A model generated the notes under the pieces. The model searched no databases, was not told the DNA's origin, and saw only the letters and a program-made list of their open reading frames with translations. Both the position numbers and the translations under genes were made by a program. From a virus (taxonomy: Duplodnaviria; Caudoviricetes), in IMG/VR virus record IMGVR_UViG_2675903375_000003, positions 1-64,000 of that record: a stretch of 64,000 nt of DNA; one strand, 5' to 3'. Shown piece after piece: positions 48,483 to 58,025 of the stretch. How positions within the stretch are numbered: position 1 is the stretch's first letter; each line of letters begins with the position of its first letter.

Positions 48483-48874
48483 CGGCCGCGCCCGAGCCCG
48501 CGGTCCTGGACGAGGTCCTGGCCGGGCGTGCGGCGCAGTCGGGCCGGACGCTGGCGGGTCTGATCCTGGCGGCGGAGCTGGACACGGCGGGCGCGCCCCG
48601 GAAGCTGCCCGCGGATCTGTTCCCTGATGTGGATCCGGTGGTGGTGCAGGCGGTGTGGGATCGGGCGTTGGTGGTGGGGATCCGGGCGGCGCAGTTCCTG
48701 GCCGCGCCCCGCTTCCACCGGGATCGGTTGGCTCGGCTTCAGGGGGAGTTGGAGGCGGCGGCGTTCTCGGCGATGGGCTCGATGGTGGCCGGGGCCCGGT
48801 CGGCTGTGGGGTGTCAGGCAGTGCTGTGGGAGGACGAGGGCGGGGAGGTGGGTGGGCGTGATGGTGGGGTGTGA
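48479..48874 (+). CDS. Hypothetical protein
   Basis: ATGA coupling. Confidence 0.55.
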   Translation: MTAAPEPAVLDEVLAGRAAQSGRTLAGLILAAELDTAGAPRKLPADLFPDVDPVVVQAVWDRALVVGIRAAQFLAAPRFHRDRLARLQGELEAAAFSAMGSMVAGARSAVGCQAVLWEDEGGEVGGRDGGV

Positions 48875-49216
48875 TTTGTCGTACAACCGACACGAGTTGG
48901 GAGGCACGGGACAGGTGACCACTGCAACGGGTAGGCTGGTGCCTGCGCCAGACGACCACTCAGGATCGGTCCGAGGCTCACAAGCAAAGAGAACGGTCCC
49001 GCTCCCCTGGCTGGTAACCAGGATCGACGCGGGACCGGTGCCGGAGACAGTTAGCGACAACTTCCCGGCGCGGCCAACACACAACTCAGAAGGTGCTGAC
49101 ATGGCTCAGAGTACCCGGGGATTCCCCCGGTCAGACAGTGAGACCCGATTCTCCACCGTGAAGATCACACCGGTGTCGAGCGTTTCGGCCACTGTCCCCA
49201 CTACACACTCCGTCGC

Positions 49217-49660
49217 GTGACCGCCCAGCGCGAGGACATCCTCGCCTGGTTGAGCAACGCCATCAGTGAGCGTGAAGAAGCAGGTCGAGCGGCCCTGGCA
49301 TTCGGGGACGCCTTCGCCGCCGGACGGGAGGCGCCGGACTGCGTCTACGGAACGGGACCCGGCGGCCCGTACATGCGCGTGACCGTACCCGGATTCGATG
49401 GCCAGACCGAGGCAGCCGTCGCCCACTTCGCTCTCCACAGCCCCGAGTCGGTTCTCCGCCGCTGCGCCGCCGACCGGAAGCTGCTGGAACTCCACGGCGG
49501 GAACATGCACTCCTGCCCAGCCACAGACGAGACCGACTACCTGGACGAGTGGACCCACTTCGACTACTCCCAGGCATGCCCGGTCGTTGAACTCCTTGCC
49601 GCCAGCTACGGAAGGACGGCAAGGCAGACCCCACCCATTGAGGGAGATCAGGTGACTTAG
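49217..49660 (+). CDS. DUF6221-like hypothetical protein
   Basis: H.ALHSPESVLRRCAADRKLLELH...LLA..Y motif. Confidence 0.65.
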   Translation: MTAQREDILAWLSNAISEREEAGRAALAFGDAFAAGREAPDCVYGTGPGGPYMRVTVPGFDGQTEAAVAHFALHSPESVLRRCAADRKLLELHGGNMHSCPATDETDYLDEWTHFDYSQACPVVELLAASYGRTARQTPPIEGDQVT

Positions 49661-49876
49661 CCGATTCCGGCGGGAGATTCCTCGACCGCCTGGCCGCTTT
49701 CCCGGTTGGTGCGCCAACACCTTCCGGGCCTCTGCGGCCCTCGTACCACGGATCGGACGCCAATCCGATCTAAGGCCCGCCGGGCGCCAACCCGAGCGAG
49801 CGACCTACAGGTTCTGCGACGAACCACCTTCACCACCGAGCGGGCTTTTTCATGTCCGCAGGACGGCAGGTACATA

Positions 49877-51364
49877 GTGCAGCACGCACACCCTTCTTGT
49901 CAGCTTGGCGCTTCCCCAACGCCCGATTCGCGAGGAATCTCCCCCCGCGCGGCTGACACCCAGTGCCCCCACACCCCACACGGCACCCCCAACCACTCCC
50001 AGCCGCTCGAACACTCGTACGATTACAGTGGCGGTCCCGGTCGTGGCGGACAACTCCTGGTGAACGCAGCTAGCCAGTGGCTGCACGCCACGACCGGCCG
50101 CATCGCCACCTGCGCCCACTCCTGGATGCAAGCCGTCCACTGGATGTCCGGCAGCGGCCTCTACACGCCCTCCCGCGCACACGGCCCGAAGTGGGGCACC
50201 ACCACCCTCGCCGTCGCCCGCGAGATCAGCGCGCTCACCGAGTGCCGGCCCGGCGTCGACTACCTCGCCCGGAAGCTCCACATCTCCGAGCGCACCGTCC
50301 AGTACCACCTGGGCATGCTGCGGGAGGCCGGGCTGCTCGTGTACCGCAGCAAGGGCACCCGCATCCACGGCGTCGGCGGTCGCGCCTCCGTCTTCGAGCG
50401 GATCATCCCCACCGTCTTCGATGAGGCTCTCGGGATCCGTACGGTCGGTGAGGGTGCAACGCGCCGCCCCGTCGGCGCCGCCCCGGAGCACCGCAAGGCC
50501 CTCGGCCAGCTCGCGAAGAAGGCCGCCCGGAAGATCCGCCGCACCCGCCGCCGCCCCACCCGGACCCCTGTTTCGGACCGGAGGCTTTGCACCCCAATGC
50601 AGGGTGGTACTTCCGGCACTTCTTCTGCGGCTGGTACTCACTCTCCCTCTGAGAGCAAGCTCGCAAGCGGGGAAGCCGAGTCGCCCACCAGGAAGTCACC
50701 GAAGCGCGGGCCCCGAACCCTGAACAAGACCGGCCGCCGCTACCAGCTCGCCCGGGAACTCATCCAGCTGGTGCCGTGGCTCGGCCGCGCTTCCGCCCCC
50801 CGCATCGCCTGGATCGTCCGGCACGTCGCTGACGCCGGATGGACAGCCCTGGAGGTCCAGGCTGTTGCCGAGTGGGAGCCCGTCCACGCCGACGACGCCC
50901 GCCGCCCCTCCGGGCTGCTCGCCTACCGGCTCGGCAACCGGCACCAGCTGTTCGACACCCCCGCCAAGCGCCGGACCGCCGTCCAGGTCTGGCAGGACTC
51001 CCGCGCCGCCGAGCAGGCCCGCCACAGCGGCTACGACCAGCCCGCCCGTTCCGGCGGCCCCCAGAGCGTTGCCGCGCGCCGTGCCGTCGACGAAGCCTTC
51101 AACGCCATCCGTGACCGCCTCACCGTCGACGCCGCCGACATCATCCCCGTCGAGGAGACCACCGTGCAGCTCGAGGACCTGGCCCGAGACGAGGTCATCC
51201 AGATGCGGGCCGATGCCGCACGCGACCACGGCCTGATCTTCGCCGCGATCGACCTCCTCGGCGAGCGCGATGCCCGTCGGCTCTACACCAACCGGCTCGT
51301 CGACCAGGCCCTCGCCCTCCAGGCCATCGCCGACCGCAACGCCACCTACACCCCCGCTTTCTGA
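49877..51364 (+). CDS. Putative replication initiator (winged-HTH Rep-like); start uncertain (49877 or 50060)
   Basis: PGVDYLARKLHISERTVQYHLGMLREAGLL HTH; RRPSGLLAYRL C-terminal motif; next to DciA and par genes. Confidence 0.65.
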   Translation: MQHAHPSCQLGASPTPDSRGISPRAADTQCPHTPHGTPNHSQPLEHSYDYSGGPGRGGQLLVNAASQWLHATTGRIATCAHSWMQAVHWMSGSGLYTPSRAHGPKWGTTTLAVAREISALTECRPGVDYLARKLHISERTVQYHLGMLREAGLLVYRSKGTRIHGVGGRASVFERIIPTVFDEALGIRTVGEGATRRPVGAAPEHRKALGQLAKKAARKIRRTRRRPTRTPVSDRRLCTPMQGGTSGTSSAAGTHSPSESKLASGEAESPTRKSPKRGPRTLNKTGRRYQLARELIQLVPWLGRASAPRIAWIVRHVADAGWTALEVQAVAEWEPVHADDARRPSGLLAYRLGNRHQLFDTPAKRRTAVQVWQDSRAAEQARHSGYDQPARSGGPQSVAARRAVDEAFNAIRDRLTVDAADIIPVEETTVQLEDLARDEVIQMRADAARDHGLIFAAIDLLGERDARRLYTNRLVDQALALQAIADRNATYTPAF

Positions 51365-51367
51365 GGA

Positions 51368-51592
51368 TTGGACAGCACCGTGCCTGACGCACCTACGAGC
51401 GCCGATTTCTTGACCGTCCCGCTGGCCGACGGGGGGAGCTGGACCCGGCTGGACCGACTCACGGACGGCCGTGTCATGTGCTGCCTCTGCTTCGAATACT
51501 GCACCCGAGACCAGTTGAATCCGGTGCAGGGCGGAGTCGAGGACGTCTGCAAGGGCTGCGCACGCGCCGAAGCAGAAGGAACTGGCCGATGA
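51368..51592 (+). CDS. Small Zn-binding protein
   Basis: CCLC...CKGC. Confidence 0.5.
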   Translation: MDSTVPDAPTSADFLTVPLADGGSWTRLDRLTDGRVMCCLCFEYCTRDQLNPVQGGVEDVCKGCARAEAEGTGR

Positions 51593-52371
51593 CCCAGCAG
51601 GCATCTGGTGCCGACCTGGCCCGGCAGGCCCTCGCCGCCTACAAGGCCAGCGCCCGCACTGCTCCCACCACCAAGCCCACCCGGCCCAAGCGGAAGCGCG
51701 CCGAGCGCGGAGCCGGCCGCGACCCGCAAGGACTCGGTGCCGTCCTCGGACGCCTCACCGCCGAACAAGGCTGGACCGGCGGCATGAACGGCGGCAGCAT
51801 CCTCGACCAATGGGCCCAGCTGTGCCCCCAATACGTCGGCCTGGTCCAGCCCGCCCACTACGACGACACCACCGGCCGCCTCGACCTCCGCCCCGGCTCC
51901 CACACCTACGCCGCCCAACTCCGTCTCCTCGGCGGGCAGCTCGCCAAGCAGATCAACGACAAGATCGGGCGGCCCGTCGTCCGCACCATCCGCGTCCTGC
52001 CCGTCGGCACCCTGGACAGCACACCCCGCACAGAAACCCCCACCACGCCCGGCCCCGAGGCGCCGGTGAAGACCCGGGAGACCGCCCACCCCGGCTACCG
52101 GGCCACCCTCGACGCCGCCCTCGCCCACAAACCCGACCGGGCCCCCACCGACCCGTACCTGCTCCAAGCCATCCAGCAGCAGGACCAGGCCCTGCGCGCC
52201 AAGCGCCTGCCCGAGGACGAGCACACCGAGTACCTCGCCGAACGCGAACGCCTCGAGCGGCTCGCCGGCCCTGCCCCAGGCAGCGTCGAGGCATCCCGTG
52301 CCGCCGCCCTCGCTTACAAGCGCCGCGAAGCCGCCGGACAGACCCCGCGCCGAGCCTTCGACGCCGCATGA
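51589..52371 (+). CDS. DciA (DUF721) family helicase-loading factor
   Basis: RDPQGLG..L..L....GW....W....P......L.......A.QLRL....L...IN..IG...VR.IRV pattern of actinobacterial DciA. Confidence 0.75.
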   Translation: MTQQASGADLARQALAAYKASARTAPTTKPTRPKRKRAERGAGRDPQGLGAVLGRLTAEQGWTGGMNGGSILDQWAQLCPQYVGLVQPAHYDDTTGRLDLRPGSHTYAAQLRLLGGQLAKQINDKIGRPVVRTIRVLPVGTLDSTPRTETPTTPGPEAPVKTRETAHPGYRATLDAALAHKPDRAPTDPYLLQAIQQQDQALRAKRLPEDEHTEYLAERERLERLAGPAPGSVEASRAAALAYKRREAAGQTPRRAFDAA

Positions 52372-52817
52372 CCACTGCGGCGCCGCACCTGGCCCTCATC
52401 CTCGTCACCGGATCACGCACCTGGCCGGACCCGCGGCTCCTTGAGGACACGCTCCTCGACGTCTGGCACGACGCCCTCCAGGACGGCTGGGACGGCATCG
52501 AGGTGATGCACGGCCACGCCGACCACGGCGCCGACGCCATCGCCGACGCCTGGGCCATCCGGCACGCCGTGCCCTACCGGCGGCGCCCCGCCGACTGGCC
52601 CGGCCCCTGCGCCGCCACCTGCCCGCCGGGACACCGCCGCATCAACTCCCGCGGTCGCCCCTACTGCCCGCTCGCCGGCCACCGCCGCAACCAGGCCATG
52701 GTCGACGAACAGCCCCTCCTCGTCGTCGCCGCCTCCCATAACCGGTCCACCGGCACCGCCGACTGCATGCGCCGAGCCAAGGCCGCCGACATCCCCGTCC
52801 ACCTGATCACTGTCTGA
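52368..52817 (+). CDS. SLOG-family (DUF2493/YspA-like) protein
   Basis: LVTGSR, HG...GAD, ADW, AG.RRN..MV and GTADC motifs. Confidence 0.8.
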   Translation: MTTAAPHLALILVTGSRTWPDPRLLEDTLLDVWHDALQDGWDGIEVMHGHADHGADAIADAWAIRHAVPYRRRPADWPGPCAATCPPGHRRINSRGRPYCPLAGHRRNQAMVDEQPLLVVAASHNRSTGTADCMRRAKAADIPVHLITV

Positions 52818-52885
52818 GCGGAGGGAACGGTTCACGGCATCTGGTGCACGGTGGTCGCGATCACCCGCACAAAGGAGACCAGCCC

Positions 52886-53095
52886 ATGGCCAACACCCCG
52901 CCCGGCATGTGCCTGCTGCACGCCGACTTCCACCCCATGGGACAGGACTGCTGGCAGACCTGCACCGACTGGTACCTCGCCCACACCGAACTGCCCGAAC
53001 AGGACCGCCGAGACCGGTACCAGTGGGAAGTGGAACGCGCGATCCTCGACCAGCACATCCGGGCGCTCAACCCCACCCTCACACTGGCCGTCTGA
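52886..53095 (+). CDS. Small hypothetical protein
   Basis: AAGGAG RBS. Confidence 0.45.
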   Translation: MANTPPGMCLLHADFHPMGQDCWQTCTDWYLAHTELPEQDRRDRYQWEVERAILDQHIRALNPTLTLAV

Positions 53096-53270
53096 CCGTC
53101 CGAAGCCACTGCCCGTCCACCAGCCGAAGGCCCGCCGATGCCCGCCACCGCCACACCCCCCAGACCCGCCTACCCGCGGCCTCCCCTGCACCACCAGCAC
53201 GACGTCCTGTTCCGCGAGCCCGTCTACGCCGACGGCGGCCCCTACGAGCAGGACGACGAGGACGGCGAGT

Positions 53271-53342
53271 AGGTGGTGACCAAATGGTCACCACCTTTGG
53301 GTCAGATAGACGACAAGGTGGTGACCATTTGGTCACCACCTT
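53271..53342. repeat. Two 24-bp near-perfect palindromes in inverted orientation (candidate centromere)
   Basis: GGTGGTGACCAAATGGTCACCACC and its reverse complement GGTGGTGACCATTTGGTCACCACC, just past the 3' end of the par operon. Confidence 0.85.
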
Positions 53343-53366
53343 GAAATGCCGCCCGACCGCCGTTCG

Positions 53367-54302
53367 CTACCCCAAGTTCCCGGACAGTTCCTCCAGCAGC
53401 TCCCGGACCGCGTTCTCCAGCTCCTCCGCCTGACGGCGCGCCTGGTCGGGGTCCTTCTCCGCCAGAGCCCGGATCCGTTCCACCGCACGCAGAGACTCAC
53501 TCGGCCGCGACACCGTCCTCAGGCCCGCGGTCTCCTTCCCCTCGTCCAGCGCGGGCAGCTCCTTCGGCGGGGCGTAGCCCAGGAAGTTCGCCGCCTGCTT
53601 CAGCGCCGTGTCGGTGACGTTCCCGTGCCGGGCCGCCTCCTCCCACGTCCTTCGGACAGCCTGCGCCCCGTGGGTATCCAGGATCGGCACCAGCACCCGA
53701 AGCGGCCGCTCCTTCAACTCCTGGGTGGTGATGTCCTCGAGGGCCTGGGCCACGCCGAGCACGCGGATGATGTTGTTGGCCTGGTGCTTCTTGATCTGGA
53801 ACCGGGCGTCGGTCAGGTCACCGAACGTCTCGAACCCCGCGGTCTTGTGCAGTTCCTCCTCCTTCACCGCGCGCAGCCGCAGCCCCAGCCCGATCAGCCG
53901 CTGCTGCTCGGCGCGTTCGTGGTTGGCGCGTGCCGCGTACTGCACGGCGAAGATGCCGCGGGAGTAGAACTCCAGGCGATCGGCGGGGTCTTCGCTGTCC
54001 GGCTCGGTGAACTCCGGCATGGGCAGGTACCCGGTATCCGCCGCCCGCGCGGTCACCGGTTCCGTGACGGCGGGCACCTCGCTGAGTGCCGCGGCCTCGG
54101 CTACCACCTGAGGGGCCTGCGCAGGAACTACCGCCGCCGGCGCTACCGGGGCAGCGGCAGGCAGCACAGCGGCCGCCTGCTGTTCACGCAGCCTGCGCTG
54201 GTTGTCCTCCCACTGCCGCAGCTGCTCCTCGCGGGAATCGTCCCCGCCCCCCTGGCCGCCGACCACCGGAATCGGCGGCGGCACCTTCTTCCTGGCGCTC
54301 AC
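53367..54302 (-). CDS. ParA partner, non-canonical partition protein
   Basis: GTGA coupling to parA; disordered N-terminus; GFETF...FQI HTH-like core; no ParB GxxRxxA box. Confidence 0.65.
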   Translation of the reverse strand: MSARKKVPPPIPVVGGQGGGDDSREEQLRQWEDNQRRLREQQAAAVLPAAAPVAPAAVVPAQAPQVVAEAAALSEVPAVTEPVTARAADTGYLPMPEFTEPDSEDPADRLEFYSRGIFAVQYAARANHERAEQQRLIGLGLRLRAVKEEELHKTAGFETFGDLTDARFQIKKHQANNIIRVLGVAQALEDITTQELKERPLRVLVPILDTHGAQAVRRTWEEAARHGNVTDTALKQAANFLGYAPPKELPALDEGKETAGLRTVSRPSESLRAVERIRALAEKDPDQARRQAEELENAVRELLEELSGNLG

Positions 54303-55456
54303 GCCGCAAGCTCCTTCGCCAGCGCCCGCATCACCTCGGCCTGCCCGGAGTCCGGCGCATGCTCCAGCAGCGGCACCTGATAGTCCGACGCCTCCCGGCC
54401 CTCGATCGCGTCCTTCAGCGTGGCCAGCACACCGGGAGTGGTCAGCTCGTTCCAGCCGTCGTAGAAGGACCGGGTGACCACGCCCTTGCGGAAGTCGTAG
54501 GCGTTGACGACGAACCCGAGCTGGTCGACGACGGCGCCGGTCATCCGGCAGTGCGTGCCGATCTGCTCGTTCAGCATCTCGTAAGCGTCGAACGAGGACC
54601 GGTCCGACCAGACCGGCATCAGGATCCCCGAGTGGTCGATGAGCTCGCCCGGCCGGCGCTGCACGTAGTTGATGGCGAGGTCTATGGCCAGCCCCAGGTT
54701 CGGGGGCCCGTCCAGGATGACGGCGTCGTAGGAGCCCTCGAGCGGAGCCAGCGCGCGAGCCAGGCAGGTGTCGCGGCCGACTTGGAGCAGCGCCAGCTTG
54801 GCATCCATCAGGAAGGCGTCCTTGGACGCGGGCAGGACGTGCAGGCGGCCCCCGAACCTCTCGTGGGGGAGAGCGACCAGGGAGCGAGCGAGGTGCTTGT
54901 CGGCCTCGCCGAGCATGTGCTTGAGGAGGCTGTCGGAGCCCGCAGGCAGGCCGGGGATCTGCAGGCGGCTGGTCAGGTGGCCTTGCGGGTCGTAGTCGAC
55001 CAGGAGGACACGCTGCCCGGCCTCGGCCATGGCCTGGGCCAGGCCAGAGGCGACGAACGTCTTGCCGACGCCGCCCTTCTGATTGCCCACCAGGATCCGC
55101 TTCACCGGCTGCGACACCAGACGCTGGTCGGGGGAGGGGTGGAGGCAGAGCCAGTGGACGATGGCCTGCGCCATGCCCTGCACCTTCGTGATGCCGCGGG
55201 TTTCGCAGTCTTGCGCGAACCGGGCGGGCAGGCCCGCCGGCAGGAAGACCCCCCACGACTTGGAGCCCTTGGTGTCGATCGTCTCGAACGGCGAAGCGCC
55301 TGTGTCGGTCTCCAGCCACAGGGTGACGGCGTTGGTTGCGGCGTCCTGCATGTTGAGGCCGTGCTCGGCGGCACGGATCCGCAGGTCTCTGCGTAGCTCT
55401 GGCGTGAGATTGACGAGCAACTTTTCGCGTGCTTCGTCGTTGATCGGGTTCGTCAT
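54299..55456 (-). CDS. parA: ParA partition ATPase with N-terminal tandem RHH-like domains
   Basis: Deviant Walker A KGGVGKT, VDYDPQG, ILDGPP. Confidence 0.9.
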   Translation of the reverse strand: MTNPINDEAREKLLVNLTPELRRDLRIRAAEHGLNMQDAATNAVTLWLETDTGASPFETIDTKGSKSWGVFLPAGLPARFAQDCETRGITKVQGMAQAIVHWLCLHPSPDQRLVSQPVKRILVGNQKGGVGKTFVASGLAQAMAEAGQRVLLVDYDPQGHLTSRLQIPGLPAGSDSLLKHMLGEADKHLARSLVALPHERFGGRLHVLPASKDAFLMDAKLALLQVGRDTCLARALAPLEGSYDAVILDGPPNLGLAIDLAINYVQRRPGELIDHSGILMPVWSDRSSFDAYEMLNEQIGTHCRMTGAVVDQLGFVVNAYDFRKGVVTRSFYDGWNELTTPGVLATLKDAIEGREASDYQVPLLEHAPDSGQAEVMRALAKELAA

Positions 55457-56211
55457 GGCGAGCAAATTACCAGGCGCCCCGGGGGTGGCCGGGTAACAGG
55501 CCGATGAACGTGCCCGTGTCGACGGCAGCATGACGGGACGACCTGCCCTGCGGCCTCGGCGCAGCACGCCGGGTAGGTCGTGTTTGCCGGGGTTTCTGAG
55601 TCACCCACTCGGGTGATCAACCCGCCCCCCTCTATCCCGGCCGCCCGAGTCCCCGGTTGGGTGGCCCGAGGCCGATCCGTGCGGGAATCGGCCATACCCG
55701 CTGGGGGAGTGGCGGCCGATCGCAGCCGACCGGACACACCACTCCTCCAGCGCTATGAACCCCCGCCCACACCCCGCACACCACCCCCACACAACAACGG
55801 GGGAATGCGTCTACCTGCATGACCAGTGAAGTGATTACACTGCCGTCATCTGACGGGCATGCCCCGTGAGGTCTCACGGCCCCCGCGGGCCTTTCTCCTG
55901 GGTGCGTTGTCGGCAACACCGTCTCCTCGGACCCTGCCTGCGGGGGCCCACCTGCGTGCTGACAGCATCAAGGTGGGCGGATCGTGGCCGCACCGTCACC
56001 CCTAGCAGCAAACGACAACAATGGCGCATTAAGACACGGTCAAGAGTGAGTCTGGCCTTACCCGGAAACCGTATTCAGTGCCACAGTGGCATTCCCCGGG
56101 TGCGGACTGGCAGCCGACACCCACCAGCGGGGCCCGAGCGCTGACCACGCCACGGGTAGACGTAGACAACGCCCTTCCCACCCCACGCTGCCAGAGGAGC
56201 GGAGACGCAGC

Positions 56212-56598
56212 ATGCCCTCAGCGTCGAACCCGCCCGGTCCCCCCTCCTCCCCCGGAGGGGACGTCATCCACCTCAGCGGCCGCCGCGGCCCCCGGCCCAG
56301 CGGACCGGTGGCCCCGATCGGAGGCAACGCCGCGTACGAACCACACCCCGAACCCGCGCTCCCCGGCTCCGACCCGCTGAACGAACTCGCCCTCACCGTC
56401 GAAGCCCTGTTCCGCTCCCAGCAGCGGACCCTCACCAACGAGGCGACCGCCGGCGACTACGGCATCACCCTCACCGCCGTCGAACTCATGATGCAGGGGG
56501 CACTCGCCCGCGGCATCATCACCGCCGACAGCCACATCCAGATCCACGGCATGCTCGAAGGAATGCGCGCCGCCGCCCAGTTGGTGACCCCCGACTGA
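56212..56598 (+). CDS. Hypothetical protein
   Basis: GGAG RBS; codon usage. Confidence 0.55.
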   Translation: MPSASNPPGPPSSPGGDVIHLSGRRGPRPSGPVAPIGGNAAYEPHPEPALPGSDPLNELALTVEALFRSQQRTLTNEATAGDYGITLTAVELMMQGALARGIITADSHIQIHGMLEGMRAAAQLVTPD

Positions 56599-56853
56599 CC
56601 AGCACATACGGAATAACTGTCACTGGTTGTGAATGTACGGCAGGCTGATGACCTGTCAGTTGTGACGAAACGGGCACAACTGAACGCGCGGGGTTCAGTC
56701 GTTCTCACGTTCTGTTCAACACAGCGCCCATACATGCCATAGTGGGGCGTCCGGAAGCACCGGAGTGCACACCTCCGGCCCCGGCGCGCGCCCCTGCCAC
56801 CCCACGGCACCGCTCCGCGCACCCCCGGGGCCACACCGTGGATAGGGGACGCC

Positions 56854-57429
56854 ATGGCAACAGGGGACGTCACAGGGGACCAGGACGCCGCCACCGCAGC
56901 ACGACAACTCACCCTCATCGCCACCGCCTACACCCGCCGAAAAACCGGCCGCGGCGACGTCACACAACACAGCACCCGATCCACCGGACCCGCCCACGCC
57001 CCCCTGCCCATCGACCCCGGCATCGTCGAACACATGCAGGCATGCGTCGCCGAAGTCATCACCCACACCCGGGCCGCCGCCCCCACCGCACCACCCGCGC
57101 CCGCCGACAGCGCCGTCTACGAATGGATGCGCGACCACACCCGCAGCCTCGACGCCCACCGCCAGGCCGCCGCCGAAACCATCGTCTACCGGCAGACCCT
57201 CGAACACGCCATCGCCATGGGCGACCACAGCGTCGTCCGCCGCCACCCCTGCCCCGCCTGCCACTGCTACGGCCTGTTTTGGCGCCCCCTGGCGGGGAAG
57301 GCGGCATGCGCGAACCGTAAGTGCCCCGATCCCAGCGGTGACGGACTGGCCCGCACCTGGTCCCTCGCCCACCTCGCACACCTCCACGTGCAAGCCCGAA
57401 AAGAATCATCAGCCCGCCACGCAACCTGA
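56854..57429 (+). CDS. Zn-ribbon protein, possible late-transcription regulator
   Basis: CPAC...CANRKC. Confidence 0.55.
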   Translation: MATGDVTGDQDAATAARQLTLIATAYTRRKTGRGDVTQHSTRSTGPAHAPLPIDPGIVEHMQACVAEVITHTRAAAPTAPPAPADSAVYEWMRDHTRSLDAHRQAAAETIVYRQTLEHAIAMGDHSVVRRHPCPACHCYGLFWRPLAGKAACANRKCPDPSGDGLARTWSLAHLAHLHVQARKESSARHAT

Positions 57430-57563
57430 GCCCCGCCTCAGCAGTCCAACCCCCAGCACCACCCGCACATCACCACACCCCACACCCGGCCCCGCATCCA
57501 GCAGGGGGCCACCACCCTGAGGCCGGTCGGAGCTGCGAACGACGGCCGCCGAAGGAGACCCAC

Positions 57564-57803
57564 ATGGCCGCCACCAGCCCGGCCCCCGCCCACTCCGACC
57601 TGGTCACCGTCGAGGAAGCCGTCGAGCTGTTCCGGGAGACCCCCCACCCGGTGTCCGTGACCACACTGAAGCGGTGGATCCGCAAGCACCGTCTCAGCGT
57701 CACCCCCGAGCCCTGGCCGGGCCGCGCCAACCGGGTCTCCTACAGCGACCTCCTCGAAGTCCACCGCGACGAGATCGGCCGCCGCGAGCAGGCCGCCGGC
57801 TGA
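57564..57803 (+). CDS. Small excisionase/MerR-like HTH protein
   Basis: LVTVEEA......VSVTTLKRWIRK. Confidence 0.7.
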   Translation: MAATSPAPAHSDLVTVEEAVELFRETPHPVSVTTLKRWIRKHRLSVTPEPWPGRANRVSYSDLLEVHRDEIGRREQAAG

Positions 57804-57852
57804 CCCACCACCGCCTGCGGCCGGCCCCACCCGGCACCCCTCCGTGTGAACG

Positions 57853-57890
57853 AAGTCCCCGCCCCGGCACCCCGGGGGGCGGGGACTTTC
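57853..57890 (+). terminator. Intrinsic terminator
   Basis: AAGTCCCCGCCCC...GGGGCGGGGACTT stem followed by a short T tract. Confidence 0.75.
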
Positions 57891-57914
57891 TCATGCCACA
57901 CCACAGTGCAGACT

Positions 57915-57945
57915 ATTGCGCCCGCAATGCGTCACGGGTTATTGT
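57915..57945 (+). promoter_or_regulatory. Operator ATTGCGCCCGCAAT and promoter TTGCGC-N18-TATTGT heading the early operon
   Basis: Exact palindrome arms; directly after a terminator. Confidence 0.75.
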
Positions 57946-58025
57946 GGTCGTGCCGACAGCGCAACAAGCCTCCTCACCAGGCATGTTCGCACCCGTCACA
58001 CCACCCAGGAGCACCCGTGGCCGTG

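Noticed and set aside
53271-53342. CRISPR mini-array or protelomerase telRL site
   Set aside because: Only two units with a ~20-bp gap, no cas genes, and no protelomerase-like ORF in the window
56645-56738. Hammerhead ribozyme-like CTGATGA...GAAA core
   Set aside because: Three extra bases precede stem II, and stems I and III have mismatches next to the core; a competing 9-bp hairpin explains the segment better
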